Shown here: positions 19,636 to 29,053 of the stretch, in pieces | How the letters are laid out: every line of letters begins with the position of its first letter | How positions within the stretch are numbered: the stretch's first letter is position 1 | Origin: Candidatus Woesearchaeota archaeon | GTDB lineage: Archaea; Nanobdellota; Nanobdellia; Woesearchaeales; GW2011-AR4 | NCBI GenBank assembly: GCA_002686855.1 | Contig: NYYQ01000007.1 | Coordinates: 1 to 46,088 of the forward strand | Direction of reading: 5' to 3' | Length of the DNA: 46,088 nt | Made by a program: the position numbers and the translations under genes | The notes under the pieces: generated by a model | What the model saw: only the letters and a program-made list of their open reading frames with translations | Database searches by the model: none | What the model was told of the DNA's origin: nothing

Positions 19636-21336
19636 ATGTGTAGTATTTGCGGGGTGTATATTTTACATAAAGAAGGGTTGCCAGATATAGCCGCTGCTCT
19701 TGAGACTTTAGGTCTTGAAAGAGAAGTAGCAGAAAAAATTGTAGAGAATGGTTCAGTAGCAGCAAGTGTTTTAGATTTTCATCTTTGTAATTCAACAAAT
19801 AGGGGTTATGATAGTTCTGGTATTGTTACTTTTGATGGACAAAGTAATCAAACTCATAGAGATTTGGGTTCTGCTGAAGAAGTATATCACCATGATGATC
19901 CTGAGAAACATAGAAAAACATTAGAACAACTTGTTGGAAATATAGCCATAGGCCAGAATAGATACAGGACTTCTGGAATTATAGACACAGATAGTGTACA
20001 ACCTTTTGAACCAATAGATGGAATAACTATAGCGCATAATGGGAATATTGTGAATCAAATTGATTTAAGAAGATTTTTTAGCGACCCATTTGTACAAAAA
20101 AAAGTCCCTTTACTTTCAACATCTGATAGCGAATTAATCAGAAATAGCTTGGTAGCATCTTATGGTTCAAAAATTCCAATTGATGAACTTGTAAGAAAGG
20201 CAATGATCGAAGATAGAGAATTTATAGGAGCATATTCAGTTGTCGCACTTATAAGAGACCAATTAATAGCTTTTAGAGATCCAAGGGCCTATTGGCCTTT
20301 GCATATGGCAAGATTAGGAAATTTAATTATTTTTAATTCTGAAGTTACTCCAATTCAAGAATTTATTAGAGCAACTGATTATAAGTTACGTAGATCTGAT
20401 TTTTTAAGATCTGTTGAAAGAGGAGATATAGAAACTGTTTCTAACCGCACTATTACAACTTATACTAGAGCCCTGATGGAAGATGGAGTTGAAGTTAAGA
20501 AAAGGAGATGTACTATGGACTATATTTATCTTTTAATGCATAAAAACGAGCTTGTTATGCATTTTAGGAAAAGGTCTGGAGAGATTTTATGGGAACATTA
20601 TGGTTTAAGTGGAGATAAAGAAGAATTTGTTGTTTCTCCTGTACCTCAATCAGGGACTTTTTATGCACATGGCATAAGAGATGCTTCTGGTCTTCATTAT
20701 AAAAGAATAATAGAAAAAAGATCTAAAACCCATAAAGCATTTCTTGCAGCAACTCCTGAAGAAAGATTAGCAATGAAAGAAAAAAAATATAGGTTAAGGG
20801 AAACTTACAAGGGAATGAAAGTCATGCTTACTGATGATAGTGTTGTAAGGAATGATACATTATATTTTTTAATTAAGAAAATGAGGTTAAAAGAAGTTGA
20901 AGAATTACACCTCAGAATCGGATCTCCACCCATAAAGACTCCATGTTATAATGGTATGAGTACTCCAACTCGAAATGAATTACTTGCTCACCATCTAAAT
21001 AGGGGCCAGATTGAAATGTATTTTGAATCTATATTTTATGGGGCAGATTATGATAGAGACACTATAATTTCAAAAATAAAAAAAGGGAAAACTGTTGAAA
21101 ATATTGTCCAAGATAGTGTTATTGATAATCAAAACTATCTTAAAGACCCTAAAATGAGAGAAGTAGAAAAAGGAAAATTTAGCTTAAAATATAATACATT
21201 AAAGATGCTGAAAAGTGCGTTTAAAAGAGCAGACTTAAACCCAGATACAAGATGCTATGCTTGTATGATGCCAGGATGGAGCGGATATCCTAATAAATTT
21301 AAGCCTTATTTATCTGGGTTGAGTAAGGCTGCATAG
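19636..21336 (+). CDS. purF: Divergent amidophosphoribosyltransferase (PurF-like)
   Basis: N-terminal Cys, RYRTSG, AHNGNI, SDSE, GAYS, TDDSVVR and four Fe-S-type cysteines. Confidence 0.82.
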   Translation: MCSICGVYILHKEGLPDIAAALETLGLEREVAEKIVENGSVAASVLDFHLCNSTNRGYDSSGIVTFDGQSNQTHRDLGSAEEVYHHDDPEKHRKTLEQLVGNIAIGQNRYRTSGIIDTDSVQPFEPIDGITIAHNGNIVNQIDLRRFFSDPFVQKKVPLLSTSDSELIRNSLVASYGSKIPIDELVRKAMIEDREFIGAYSVVALIRDQLIAFRDPRAYWPLHMARLGNLIIFNSEVTPIQEFIRATDYKLRRSDFLRSVERGDIETVSNRTITTYTRALMEDGVEVKKRRCTMDYIYLLMHKNELVMHFRKRSGEILWEHYGLSGDKEEFVVSPVPQSGTFYAHGIRDASGLHYKRIIEKRSKTHKAFLAATPEERLAMKEKKYRLRETYKGMKVMLTDDSVVRNDTLYFLIKKMRLKEVEELHLRIGSPPIKTPCYNGMSTPTRNELLAHHLNRGQIEMYFESIFYGADYDRDTIISKIKKGKTVENIVQDSVIDNQNYLKDPKMREVEKGKFSLKYNTLKMLKSAFKRADLNPDTRCYACMMPGWSGYPNKFKPYLSGLSKAA

Positions 21337-21340
21337 TTTA

Positions 21341-21378
21341 ACTACTTTCAAATAGTAAAACATAGAAAGGTTTATAAA
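21341..21378 (+). promoter_or_regulatory. ACTAC-N16-ATAG motif plus BRE/TATA promoter
   Basis: actactttcaaatagtaaaacatagaaaggtttataaa. Confidence 0.5.
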
Positions 21379-21400
21379 GGCTGAATTCTTGATATTTGGT

Positions 21401-21919
21401 ATGGAAAGAGAAGCTATTACATTACCAAAATTAACTATAGATCAATTAGTAGAATTAGGAGCCGACCATGATAGTATGGTTACTCCCACTAGTAGTATCT
21501 ATGAAATTGATCCACTAGCAACACAACTAGGAACTAGAATTAAGGAAAAACTTAGTGATGGAACAATACAAGACAGAAAAAGACTCCTAAGAGTACTTCC
21601 AAGAATAGCTAATGAAGTGATTCAAAATGCAATTGAACATGGTAATGAGTTAGATCCTTCAAAACAAATTCATGCTTATTTTCTTTGGCAAGAGCATGGT
21701 TCTGGTAATGCATTGATGTATATTGCTGTACAAGATGAAGGCAAAGGCTTTGATGTAAATAGATATAGACTAAAAAATCCTAAACATGGTGGAGAAGCGC
21801 TGCCTTGGGCAAGAGAAATGTTTGATCATATTTATAATTTTGGAGATCCTGCAGTTTACATGGCTCAAGTCATAAGAAGAGATGGTGCAAAACCAATTGT
21901 AGTGGAAAAAGGTAGCTAA
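21401..21919 (+). CDS. HATPase_c / RsbW-like ATP-binding protein
   Basis: NEVIQNAIEHGN N-box and VQDEGKGFD G1 box. Confidence 0.75.
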   Translation: MEREAITLPKLTIDQLVELGADHDSMVTPTSSIYEIDPLATQLGTRIKEKLSDGTIQDRKRLLRVLPRIANEVIQNAIEHGNELDPSKQIHAYFLWQEHGSGNALMYIAVQDEGKGFDVNRYRLKNPKHGGEALPWAREMFDHIYNFGDPAVYMAQVIRRDGAKPIVVEKGS

Positions 21920-23096
21920 ATAACCTCCCCAACCAGATAAATAGAGCCAGCAACAACAACTAAATCTCTTTTCCCTGCATTTTTTTTTGCATATTCTAAA
22001 GCTTTTTTTGAATTTTTAATAATAATTGAATTTTTAAAATATTTTTTTATATCTTTTATTTTGGCTGCTCTTTCATTATTTGCTTCTGTCAATATAATTT
22101 TATCCGCTTTTATTATCTTTGATATAGCTTTAACATCTTTATCTTTAGAAAAACCCAAAACCGCAATTAACTTATTGTATCTTAGATTTTTTAATTCATG
22201 AAATAAACCCCTAAATCCAGCTGGATTATGGGCAACATCAATCAACACATTCTTCCTCAATTCAAACCTTCCAGGCCATTTTACATTCTTTAATCCATTT
22301 TTTATATCCTTTTTATTAATTTTAATTCTTTTATTTTCATTTAGAATTTCCAATGCTTTTATTGCAATTGCTGCATTTATTAATTGAAAATTTCCTTTCA
22401 GGCCTGATTTTATATTTTCATCATTGTTTTTTTCATTTATTGATGTTTTTTCATTTTTTAATGGCGCCATTATTCTTGAATTTTTTTTAATGGCTATTTT
22501 TTTATTGTTTTCAAAGCAACACCTTTTGCTCCTGTTACAACCGGAACATTATTTTTTATTATTCCTGCTTTCTCATAGGCAATCTTTCTTAAACTATTGC
22601 CTAAAAACTTCTTATGCTCATGCGCAACATTGGTTATGATTGAAATCAACGGTCTAATAACATTAGTCGAGTCCAGTCTTCCACCCATTCCCGTCTCCAA
22701 AACAACAAAATCAACCTTTTTATCATAAAAATAAAGAAACATCATAGAGGTTGTTATCTCAAAAAAACTTTGGTTTGTAGCATGTTTTTTAACTTTAAGA
22801 TAATATTCAACTATCTCTTTGTCAGTAATTAATTTATCATTTATCCTGATCCTTTCATTGAATTTCTTTAAATGGGGGCTTGTATACATCCCAACATTAT
22901 ATCCAGCCTCTTGCAGTATAGAAGAGATCATAGCGCAAACAGAACCCTTTCCATTAGTCCCAGCAACATGAATGTACTTTAGCTTTTTTTCTGGATTGCC
23001 TAATTTCTTAAGAAGTAACTTCATATTTTTTAATCCTAATTTAAACTTCCATTCAGGCATACCATAAAGTTCTTCCAACACTTTGTTATAGTTCAT
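21916..23096 (-). CDS. folC: Folylpolyglutamate/dihydrofolate synthase FolC, split by a 1-nt frameshift near 22497
   Basis: GTNGKGS, TSPHL, ETGMGGRLD in the first part; WPGRFE, DVAHN, GSIYLVG in the second; one extra A in an A7 run restores the frame. Confidence 0.88.
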
Positions 23097-23192
23097 AAGG
23101 AAAAGCAAACGTAAAGAAATTATAAATCTATTGATATTCTCAAATATTGAAAACCAAAAACCTTAAAAAACAAATTTATTTTCTTGATATTT

Positions 23193-23726
23193 ATGCCAAA
23201 ACCAGAAACATTAGAAGAACAACCATGTGCTTTTTGTCACAAGAAAACTTTGTCCCTAACAGAAGAGAATATAGAAATTCCTTATTTTGGAAAGGTAGCT
23301 TTATTCTCAATGACATGCTCTAACTGCAAATATCATAAATCTGATATAGAGGCTTTGGAAAAAAAAGAGCCATCTAAATACACTTTTGAGATTTCCTTAG
23401 AAAAGGATATGAAAGTCAGAATAGTAAAAAGCTCAGAAGCCACAGTTAAAATTCCCCATATAACAACTATTAGCCCGGGACCAGCTTCCCAGGGATTTAT
23501 AACAAACATAGAAGGAATATTAAACAGAGTTAAGCATCAGCTGGAAAGCGCAAGAGATGATTCTGAAGATAATTCAGATAAGAAAAAAGCAAAAAACTTG
23601 TTAAAGAAAATAACAAGAATAATGTGGGGCCAGGAAAAACAAAAGATAATTTTAGAGGATCCTTCCGGTAATAGCGCAATAATATCAGATAAAGCTGAGA
23701 AAACTAAATTAAAAGTAAAAAAATAA
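23193..23726 (+). CDS. ZPR1 zinc-finger protein
   Basis: CAFC...IPYFG...CSNC, NIEG and LEDPSGNS motifs. Confidence 0.92.
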   Translation: MPKPETLEEQPCAFCHKKTLSLTEENIEIPYFGKVALFSMTCSNCKYHKSDIEALEKKEPSKYTFEISLEKDMKVRIVKSSEATVKIPHITTISPGPASQGFITNIEGILNRVKHQLESARDDSEDNSDKKKAKNLLKKITRIMWGQEKQKIILEDPSGNSAIISDKAEKTKLKVKK

Positions 23727-23816
23727 TTATGATGTTGCAGCTTCAACAGTTTCTTTCTCAAGACCAGCTTCCTTTCTTAGAGTGTCTGCCATGTCAGTTT
23801 TCTCCCATGTAAACTC
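23727..23816 (-). pseudogene. Orphan metK 3' tip ([29 protein letters not shown])
   Basis: 23757-23813 versus metK 27200-27256: 19/19 aa and 46/57 nt, all differences synonymous. Confidence 0.93.
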
Positions 23817-24049
23817 GGACTCTGCAGATTGACTCCTTCCCTATAACTTAATTAGTTAGCTAGTATACATACTTTATGGGAGAAAAAGTCAGATTGTGCA
23901 GGTTTCAAAATGATGAAGATTTATGGTAGATTGTTTCCCAATATTATCTGTGCAACAAAGCAATGAAAAAAGTCTTTTAAAATAATGTTAGCATTAATTA
24001 GTGATTACTATTGGAAAACCTTTTAAAACCAATATATATCCTAATAATT

Positions 24050-26953
24050 ATGGAGTTAGAAAGGATAGTGCATAACATTAACTGGGAAGAAATTCACTCA
24101 CATACTTCTGCAGATTTTGATTCAGATTCATTATTCGGAGAAGAACCCAAAGAATATAATGGATTTAAAAAATCTCTAAAAACTTTAGATGCTGGTTTGT
24201 TTAAAAGAAGCAAATTATATAGAATATTGAATGATGCCTTTGATGAAGACATAAATTTTTCTTTAGAAAGAGATGGGGTTTTTGAAGTTACATCCGGTTC
24301 AAATAAAATAGGAACACTTACTTTTAGTGATGTGGGTTATGAAGTGAATTACTTAGGACTGATTGGACCTGAACAAGAAGCAACTAGTTCTCATTGCGCT
24401 AAAGACGTTGATACTGATGAGACTCCTTTTGCTTTAAATGATATATATTCGATGGCTGTTCTGCATTTTAATCTAAAAAAACTTGGAAAAATTTCAGATT
24501 TTAAAACTCAAGAAAAAATCTTAGATGTTTTTGATAGTTCTCGGGAAATAAGTGCATTTTATGCTAATGACCTAGTAAATTTAGCTAAAATTGCAGAAAA
24601 CGTTGGTACTGAAACATTTAGCGAAATAGTTACCGGGTTAGGGGAATATATTGCTTCTGATTGGGCAGTTTATTCCCTATACCAGGTGACGAGTCCTGAA
24701 AATTATTTTGGTTCACATTTCGATCTTGAAAATTTAGACTGGGATTTACTAGTCAAAGTAGCTACATTGCCAGATAGGATTCAAGGAAGTCAAATGAATC
24801 TAAAAAATCCAGTTGAAGTAAACCATCCTGAATTAAATGAAGATGATTCACCTGCATTTACTCCTTTAGAAATAATTCTCAATTTGAATGATTTAAAGGA
24901 TATGCCATCTGAAATAAGAAACAGATCTATAGAAATTTTTAGAAATTTTTTAGAAAGAGATTTTTATAAACAGACTTTCTATCAAGGCTTTTCTTATTTT
25001 ATGAAACAAAGATTAAATCTAGATAATGAGGTAATATTGTCTGGCTATCTTGATTTTATAGAAGGATTAACTAAATATGAAAATTCCAAGATTGAGCCAA
25101 TACTCACTGCACTTTATAATAATCCAAGAACAATAAATATAATTAAGTCATTAAGTGAAGAATTTGAACCGGAAACACATCAGGAAAAAATTGATGAATG
25201 TCTTTCTTTATTGACAAGCCATGATTTCGCCAATAAACTTATCTTCTTAGATGAAAATTTATCTTTTAATTATGAATCTCCTACGGATAAATTAGATTAT
25301 ATTATTGCATGTATTCAAAGTGCGGTAAGAGATCCAGATATATCTGAAGATGATCCAATTAATTATCCTGACAAAATTTTAAGATTCATTGGTGAAGCTA
25401 AGAAATACGGGCCAAATGTTACTAGAACTTTATTATCCTGCCTTTATTCAGATAGAAGGACTATGGAGGCAAATGATTTTTTACAACAATATGTTACTAG
25501 CGAGGATGTCAATATTTCAATAAAAGCAACAGATTTATTTAAAGCACTTGGTGAAAAAAGTAAGAATAAAGATGAAAAATGGAATTTTGTTTTAGGTAAA
25601 TTGAGATCAACTGATAAAGGACTTTCTGAAGAAGATTTGGATTATCTTATAATTAAATGCAAATTTATTAATAAGGGTTTTGAGGGCTTAATTGGTAATG
25701 ATGGAGAAGGGATTAGTTCAATCAGACGCGTTTTATCTGAACAACTTGGAGCTAAGTATGCTGGAGGCAAATTGGTTGAATTGCCATATTACGATTTATT
25801 TGGATTGACAATCGCAACTGGACAAGTTATAAATGAATTTGATAAAAATGTAAATTATTTAATGGGGCAAGCAATAAAATACGGTTCAATACCTAACTTT
25901 TTAAGAAAAGATCCTAATGCATCAAGAGTTATTGGGATGTTAGAAGATCATGGGTATGATCCTTCTTTTTTTGTAAGCAGCGGAACATTAATTAATTTTA
26001 GCAAGAGGACAGATGGGCATGCAAGACGATGGGAAGATTCCCTCAAAAGCCTGGTGTCTCTTTATACAGGAGAAAATGGAGAAGATCCAAAAGTTTCTAT
26101 CCATAAATTTTCCCCAAAAACTGCCTTAAGGGCGATTTCAGAAAGTTATCCTGCTGCCTTGCGTGGAGATAAGGATGCTGCTAAAAAAGTAGTCAATTAC
26201 TTTTTAAGTGAAGTAAATAAAAGGATAGAAAAAATTGGAAGAACTCCAGCATTAGAAGAAGTTACCGATAGGTTTGATGGATTGCTTGGCCAGATCGATG
26301 GGATTAACTTAGAATTATCAGAACACATTGAAGCAAGAATTTGGGAACGAAATGTTCCTGAATGCTTTTATGATAATCACAGATTGAGTTGCTGTGTTTT
26401 TTTCCCAAAAGGTGCAGAAAAATATAGCATACCTCTTATGACTATGGATCCACAAACCAGCATAATAGAATATTGGGTAGGGGGAATGGATGAATTTGCA
26501 GGTGTTTCTACTCTATTTGCAGGAAAAAATAAAACATTGTTGATGGACACTTGGGAAGCTGGCGAAGCTGTCTATTCTGTTTTGAGCAGTAAACAAACCA
26601 GGAAATTTGCATTAGATTCAATAGTTCTTGCTACAGACAGGGCAATTGTGGGTCCTTCTGAAGATAAAACTTTAATAATTCATAATTGCACCTATGGAAG
26701 ACCATTAGAATTAGTTGCTTATGTTAGGGAACTTTCTTCAAGGTCAGATTCGATAAGGTTTGAAGAAAAAAGGCATTTTGAATTAGTAGATGGAAATGGA
26801 ATTGCATTAAAAAATTCCCAATCAGAAAGAGAAACTCATGGCTCAGGAGCTTTTAGGTCAAAAAAAATGATAGGCCACATTCCAGTATTTGCAGTAAATG
26901 TAGGAATGTACAAGCAAGAATTCTTGCCTAATGTCAGGAAAAAAGCTGCATAA
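24050..26953 (+). CDS. Large hypothetical protein (~967 aa)
   Basis: Long ORF with TATA upstream; helical N-terminal part; C-terminal region contains WERNVP...LSCCVF. Confidence 0.75.
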   Translation: MELERIVHNINWEEIHSHTSADFDSDSLFGEEPKEYNGFKKSLKTLDAGLFKRSKLYRILNDAFDEDINFSLERDGVFEVTSGSNKIGTLTFSDVGYEVNYLGLIGPEQEATSSHCAKDVDTDETPFALNDIYSMAVLHFNLKKLGKISDFKTQEKILDVFDSSREISAFYANDLVNLAKIAENVGTETFSEIVTGLGEYIASDWAVYSLYQVTSPENYFGSHFDLENLDWDLLVKVATLPDRIQGSQMNLKNPVEVNHPELNEDDSPAFTPLEIILNLNDLKDMPSEIRNRSIEIFRNFLERDFYKQTFYQGFSYFMKQRLNLDNEVILSGYLDFIEGLTKYENSKIEPILTALYNNPRTINIIKSLSEEFEPETHQEKIDECLSLLTSHDFANKLIFLDENLSFNYESPTDKLDYIIACIQSAVRDPDISEDDPINYPDKILRFIGEAKKYGPNVTRTLLSCLYSDRRTMEANDFLQQYVTSEDVNISIKATDLFKALGEKSKNKDEKWNFVLGKLRSTDKGLSEEDLDYLIIKCKFINKGFEGLIGNDGEGISSIRRVLSEQLGAKYAGGKLVELPYYDLFGLTIATGQVINEFDKNVNYLMGQAIKYGSIPNFLRKDPNASRVIGMLEDHGYDPSFFVSSGTLINFSKRTDGHARRWEDSLKSLVSLYTGENGEDPKVSIHKFSPKTALRAISESYPAALRGDKDAAKKVVNYFLSEVNKRIEKIGRTPALEEVTDRFDGLLGQIDGINLELSEHIEARIWERNVPECFYDNHRLSCCVFFPKGAEKYSIPLMTMDPQTSIIEYWVGGMDEFAGVSTLFAGKNKTLLMDTWEAGEAVYSVLSSKQTRKFALDSIVLATDRAIVGPSEDKTLIIHNCTYGRPLELVAYVRELSSRSDSIRFEEKRHFELVDGNGIALKNSQSERETHGSGAFRSKKMIGHIPVFAVNVGMYKQEFLPNVRKKAA

Positions 26954-26971
26954 TTAAATAAAATAAAAAAA

Positions 26972-27010
26972 TTATTTGACAGCTTTCTTTAATTCATCAA
27001 CTTTGTCTAC
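26972..27010 (-). pseudogene. Second orphan metK-type 3' tip (VDKVDELKKAVK*)
   Basis: Resembles the common MetK C-terminus xDKxxxLK; same strand as metK; T-tract after the stop; same junction motif as the other tip. Confidence 0.6.
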
Positions 27011-27154
27011 GGACTCTGCTCAATGAAATTTCAAAATTTTACTCAAAATTATCTTATTATACAAATAAGTAAACTTTGCTTAAAAATTTGGTATAACAAA
27101 CGTAATACAAAACTGCAAGAAGAAGTCAATTTTTCAAACGGAAAATAAAAAAAA

Positions 27155-28363
27155 TTAAGCCTTTACCTCGGACTCAATCTCTTTCTTGACGGCAGTTTGC
27201 TCAAGCCCTGCCTCTTTGCGCAGGGTGTCTGCCATATCTGTTTTCTCCCAGGTAAAGTCCTTATCTTCCCTGCCAAAATGCCCATAAGCTGCAGTCTTTT
27301 GGAAAATGGGTCTTTTAAGGTCCAGATTTTTTACAATAGCTTTTGGCCTTAGGTCAAATACTTTGTTAACAGCCTCAACAATTTTTTCTTCCTTGACTTT
27401 TGAGGTTCCGAAAGTGTCTACGTTAACGGAAGTTGGTTTTGAGATTCCAATAGAATAACTTAGCTGGACTTCACACTTTTCTGCGAGATCTGCTGCCACA
27501 ACATTTTTTGCTACATACCTTGCCATGTATGCGCCAGACCTGTCAACTTTTGATGAATCCTTTCCTGAGAAAGCCCCACCACCATGCCTTCCAAGGCCTC
27601 CGTAAGTATCTACAACAATTTTCCTTCCTGTAAGTCCAGAATCACCGTGCGGACCGCCAATAACAAATTTTCCGGTTGCATTTATGTAAATTTTTGTATT
27701 GTCATCAATCCAATCTCCGCAAACATCATCTATGACTTTTTCCCTTATTTCCTCTCTCAATTCTTCTTCAGAAACTGTCTCAAGGTGTTGTTGAGCTATA
27801 ACAATGGCAGTAATTTTTTTTGGCTTGCCATCCTCATACTTAACAGAAACTTGGGATTTTCCATCAGGACCAAGTTGCTTAATAGCTCCAGACCTTCTTA
27901 CTTCTGCAAGCTTTGCAGTTAATTTGTGAGCCATGATAATCGGGAATGGCATAAGCTCAGGAGTTTCCTTGCATGCAAAACCAAACATCATTCCCTGGTC
28001 ACCAGCTCCCTGATCAAGATCATCTCCAGAGCCTTCATCCACTCCCTGAGCAATATCAGCAGATTGTTCGTGCAAAGCGCTCCATACTCCACAGTCTTCA
28101 TGATGAATTCCAAACCTAGCATCAGTATAGCCAATTTTTTCCAAAGTTTTTCTTACTAATTTTTGTATGTCAACATAAGCTTTGGTTCTTGCTTCTCCTG
28201 CAACATGCACTGAGCCAGTAGTAGTTAAGCATTCAGCTGCGCATCTTGATTCTGGGTCTTGTCTTAACATTTCATCAAGAATAGCATCACTTATCTGGTC
28301 ACAAATCTTATCCGGATGACCTTCTGTCACACTTTCAGATGTAAAAAATTCAACTTTTACCAT
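27155..28363 (-). CDS. metK: S-adenosylmethionine synthetase, bacterial type
   Basis: [28 protein letters not shown] and YGHFGR motifs. Confidence 0.97.
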   Translation of the reverse strand: MVKVEFFTSESVTEGHPDKICDQISDAILDEMLRQDPESRCAAECLTTTGSVHVAGEARTKAYVDIQKLVRKTLEKIGYTDARFGIHHEDCGVWSALHEQSADIAQGVDEGSGDDLDQGAGDQGMMFGFACKETPELMPFPIIMAHKLTAKLAEVRRSGAIKQLGPDGKSQVSVKYEDGKPKKITAIVIAQQHLETVSEEELREEIREKVIDDVCGDWIDDNTKIYINATGKFVIGGPHGDSGLTGRKIVVDTYGGLGRHGGGAFSGKDSSKVDRSGAYMARYVAKNVVAADLAEKCEVQLSYSIGISKPTSVNVDTFGTSKVKEEKIVEAVNKVFDLRPKAIVKNLDLKRPIFQKTAAYGHFGREDKDFTWEKTDMADTLRKEAGLEQTAVKKEIESEVKA

Positions 28364-28507
28364 TTTACCGCACCTCAACTTATTTTTTTGTTAATCCTTT
28401 TTTATTATAAATTTCTATTTTTGAAAGTATAATCCCGCATATTATTAATAAGTTACTGTTAAAAATATTCCGAAAGGAATAAATACTATAGATTTATTCC
28501 GGTCATT

Positions 28508-29053
28508 ATGCCATACGAATTAAGTGAAATTAAGAAAATAAGGAAGAATTTAGGATTAACACAGTCACAACTATCAAAAAAAGCCAATGTTTCTCAAAGC
28601 CTAATAGCTAAAATAGAATCAGGAAAAATTGACCCAACATTTACAAAAACAAAGAAAATATTCCAGACTTTAAATGATATGGAAAAGAAAGAGGAAATAA
28701 AAGCAGAAGAAGCCATGAATAAAAAAATTATCAGTGTAGATCCAAATGAAGATATTAAAAATTCTATAAGCAAAATGAAGAAATTTAATATTTCCCAGAT
28801 GCCTGTTATTGACAACAATAAGGCAATCGGTTTAATATCCGAATCAACCTTGTTAGACTCATTAATGGATAAGAAAGGAAAGAAAGTAGAGGACATCATG
28901 GAAGAAGCCCCTCCAACAATCTCAAAAACAGCATCTATTCAAATAATCTCAAGCTTATTGCACCATTACCCAATGGTTTTAGTCTCAGAATCTGGCAAAT
29001 TAATTGGCTTGATAACAAAAGCTGATTTACTGGGGAAGTTGTATAGGAGTTAA
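28508..29053 (+). CDS. XRE-HTH plus CBS-pair regulator
   Basis: LTQSQLSKKANVSQSLIAKIESGKIDP followed by two CBS domains. Confidence 0.9.
   Translation: MPYELSEIKKIRKNLGLTQSQLSKKANVSQSLIAKIESGKIDPTFTKTKKIFQTLNDMEKKEEIKAEEAMNKKIISVDPNEDIKNSISKMKKFNISQMPVIDNNKAIGLISESTLLDSLMDKKGKKVEDIMEEAPPTISKTASIQIISSLLHHYPMVLVSESGKLIGLITKADLLGKLYRS

Noticed and set aside
21325..26953. Two accessory proteins ending in KAA as SsrA-like degradation tags
   Set aside because: Only two cases and no evidence of ClpXP; could be chance
23727..27256. Diversity-generating retroelement TR/VR pair, or classical attL/attR of an integrated element
   Set aside because: Mismatches are synonymous rather than adenine-specific, no reverse transcriptase or integrase is in the window, and the repeats are too diverged for fresh att sites
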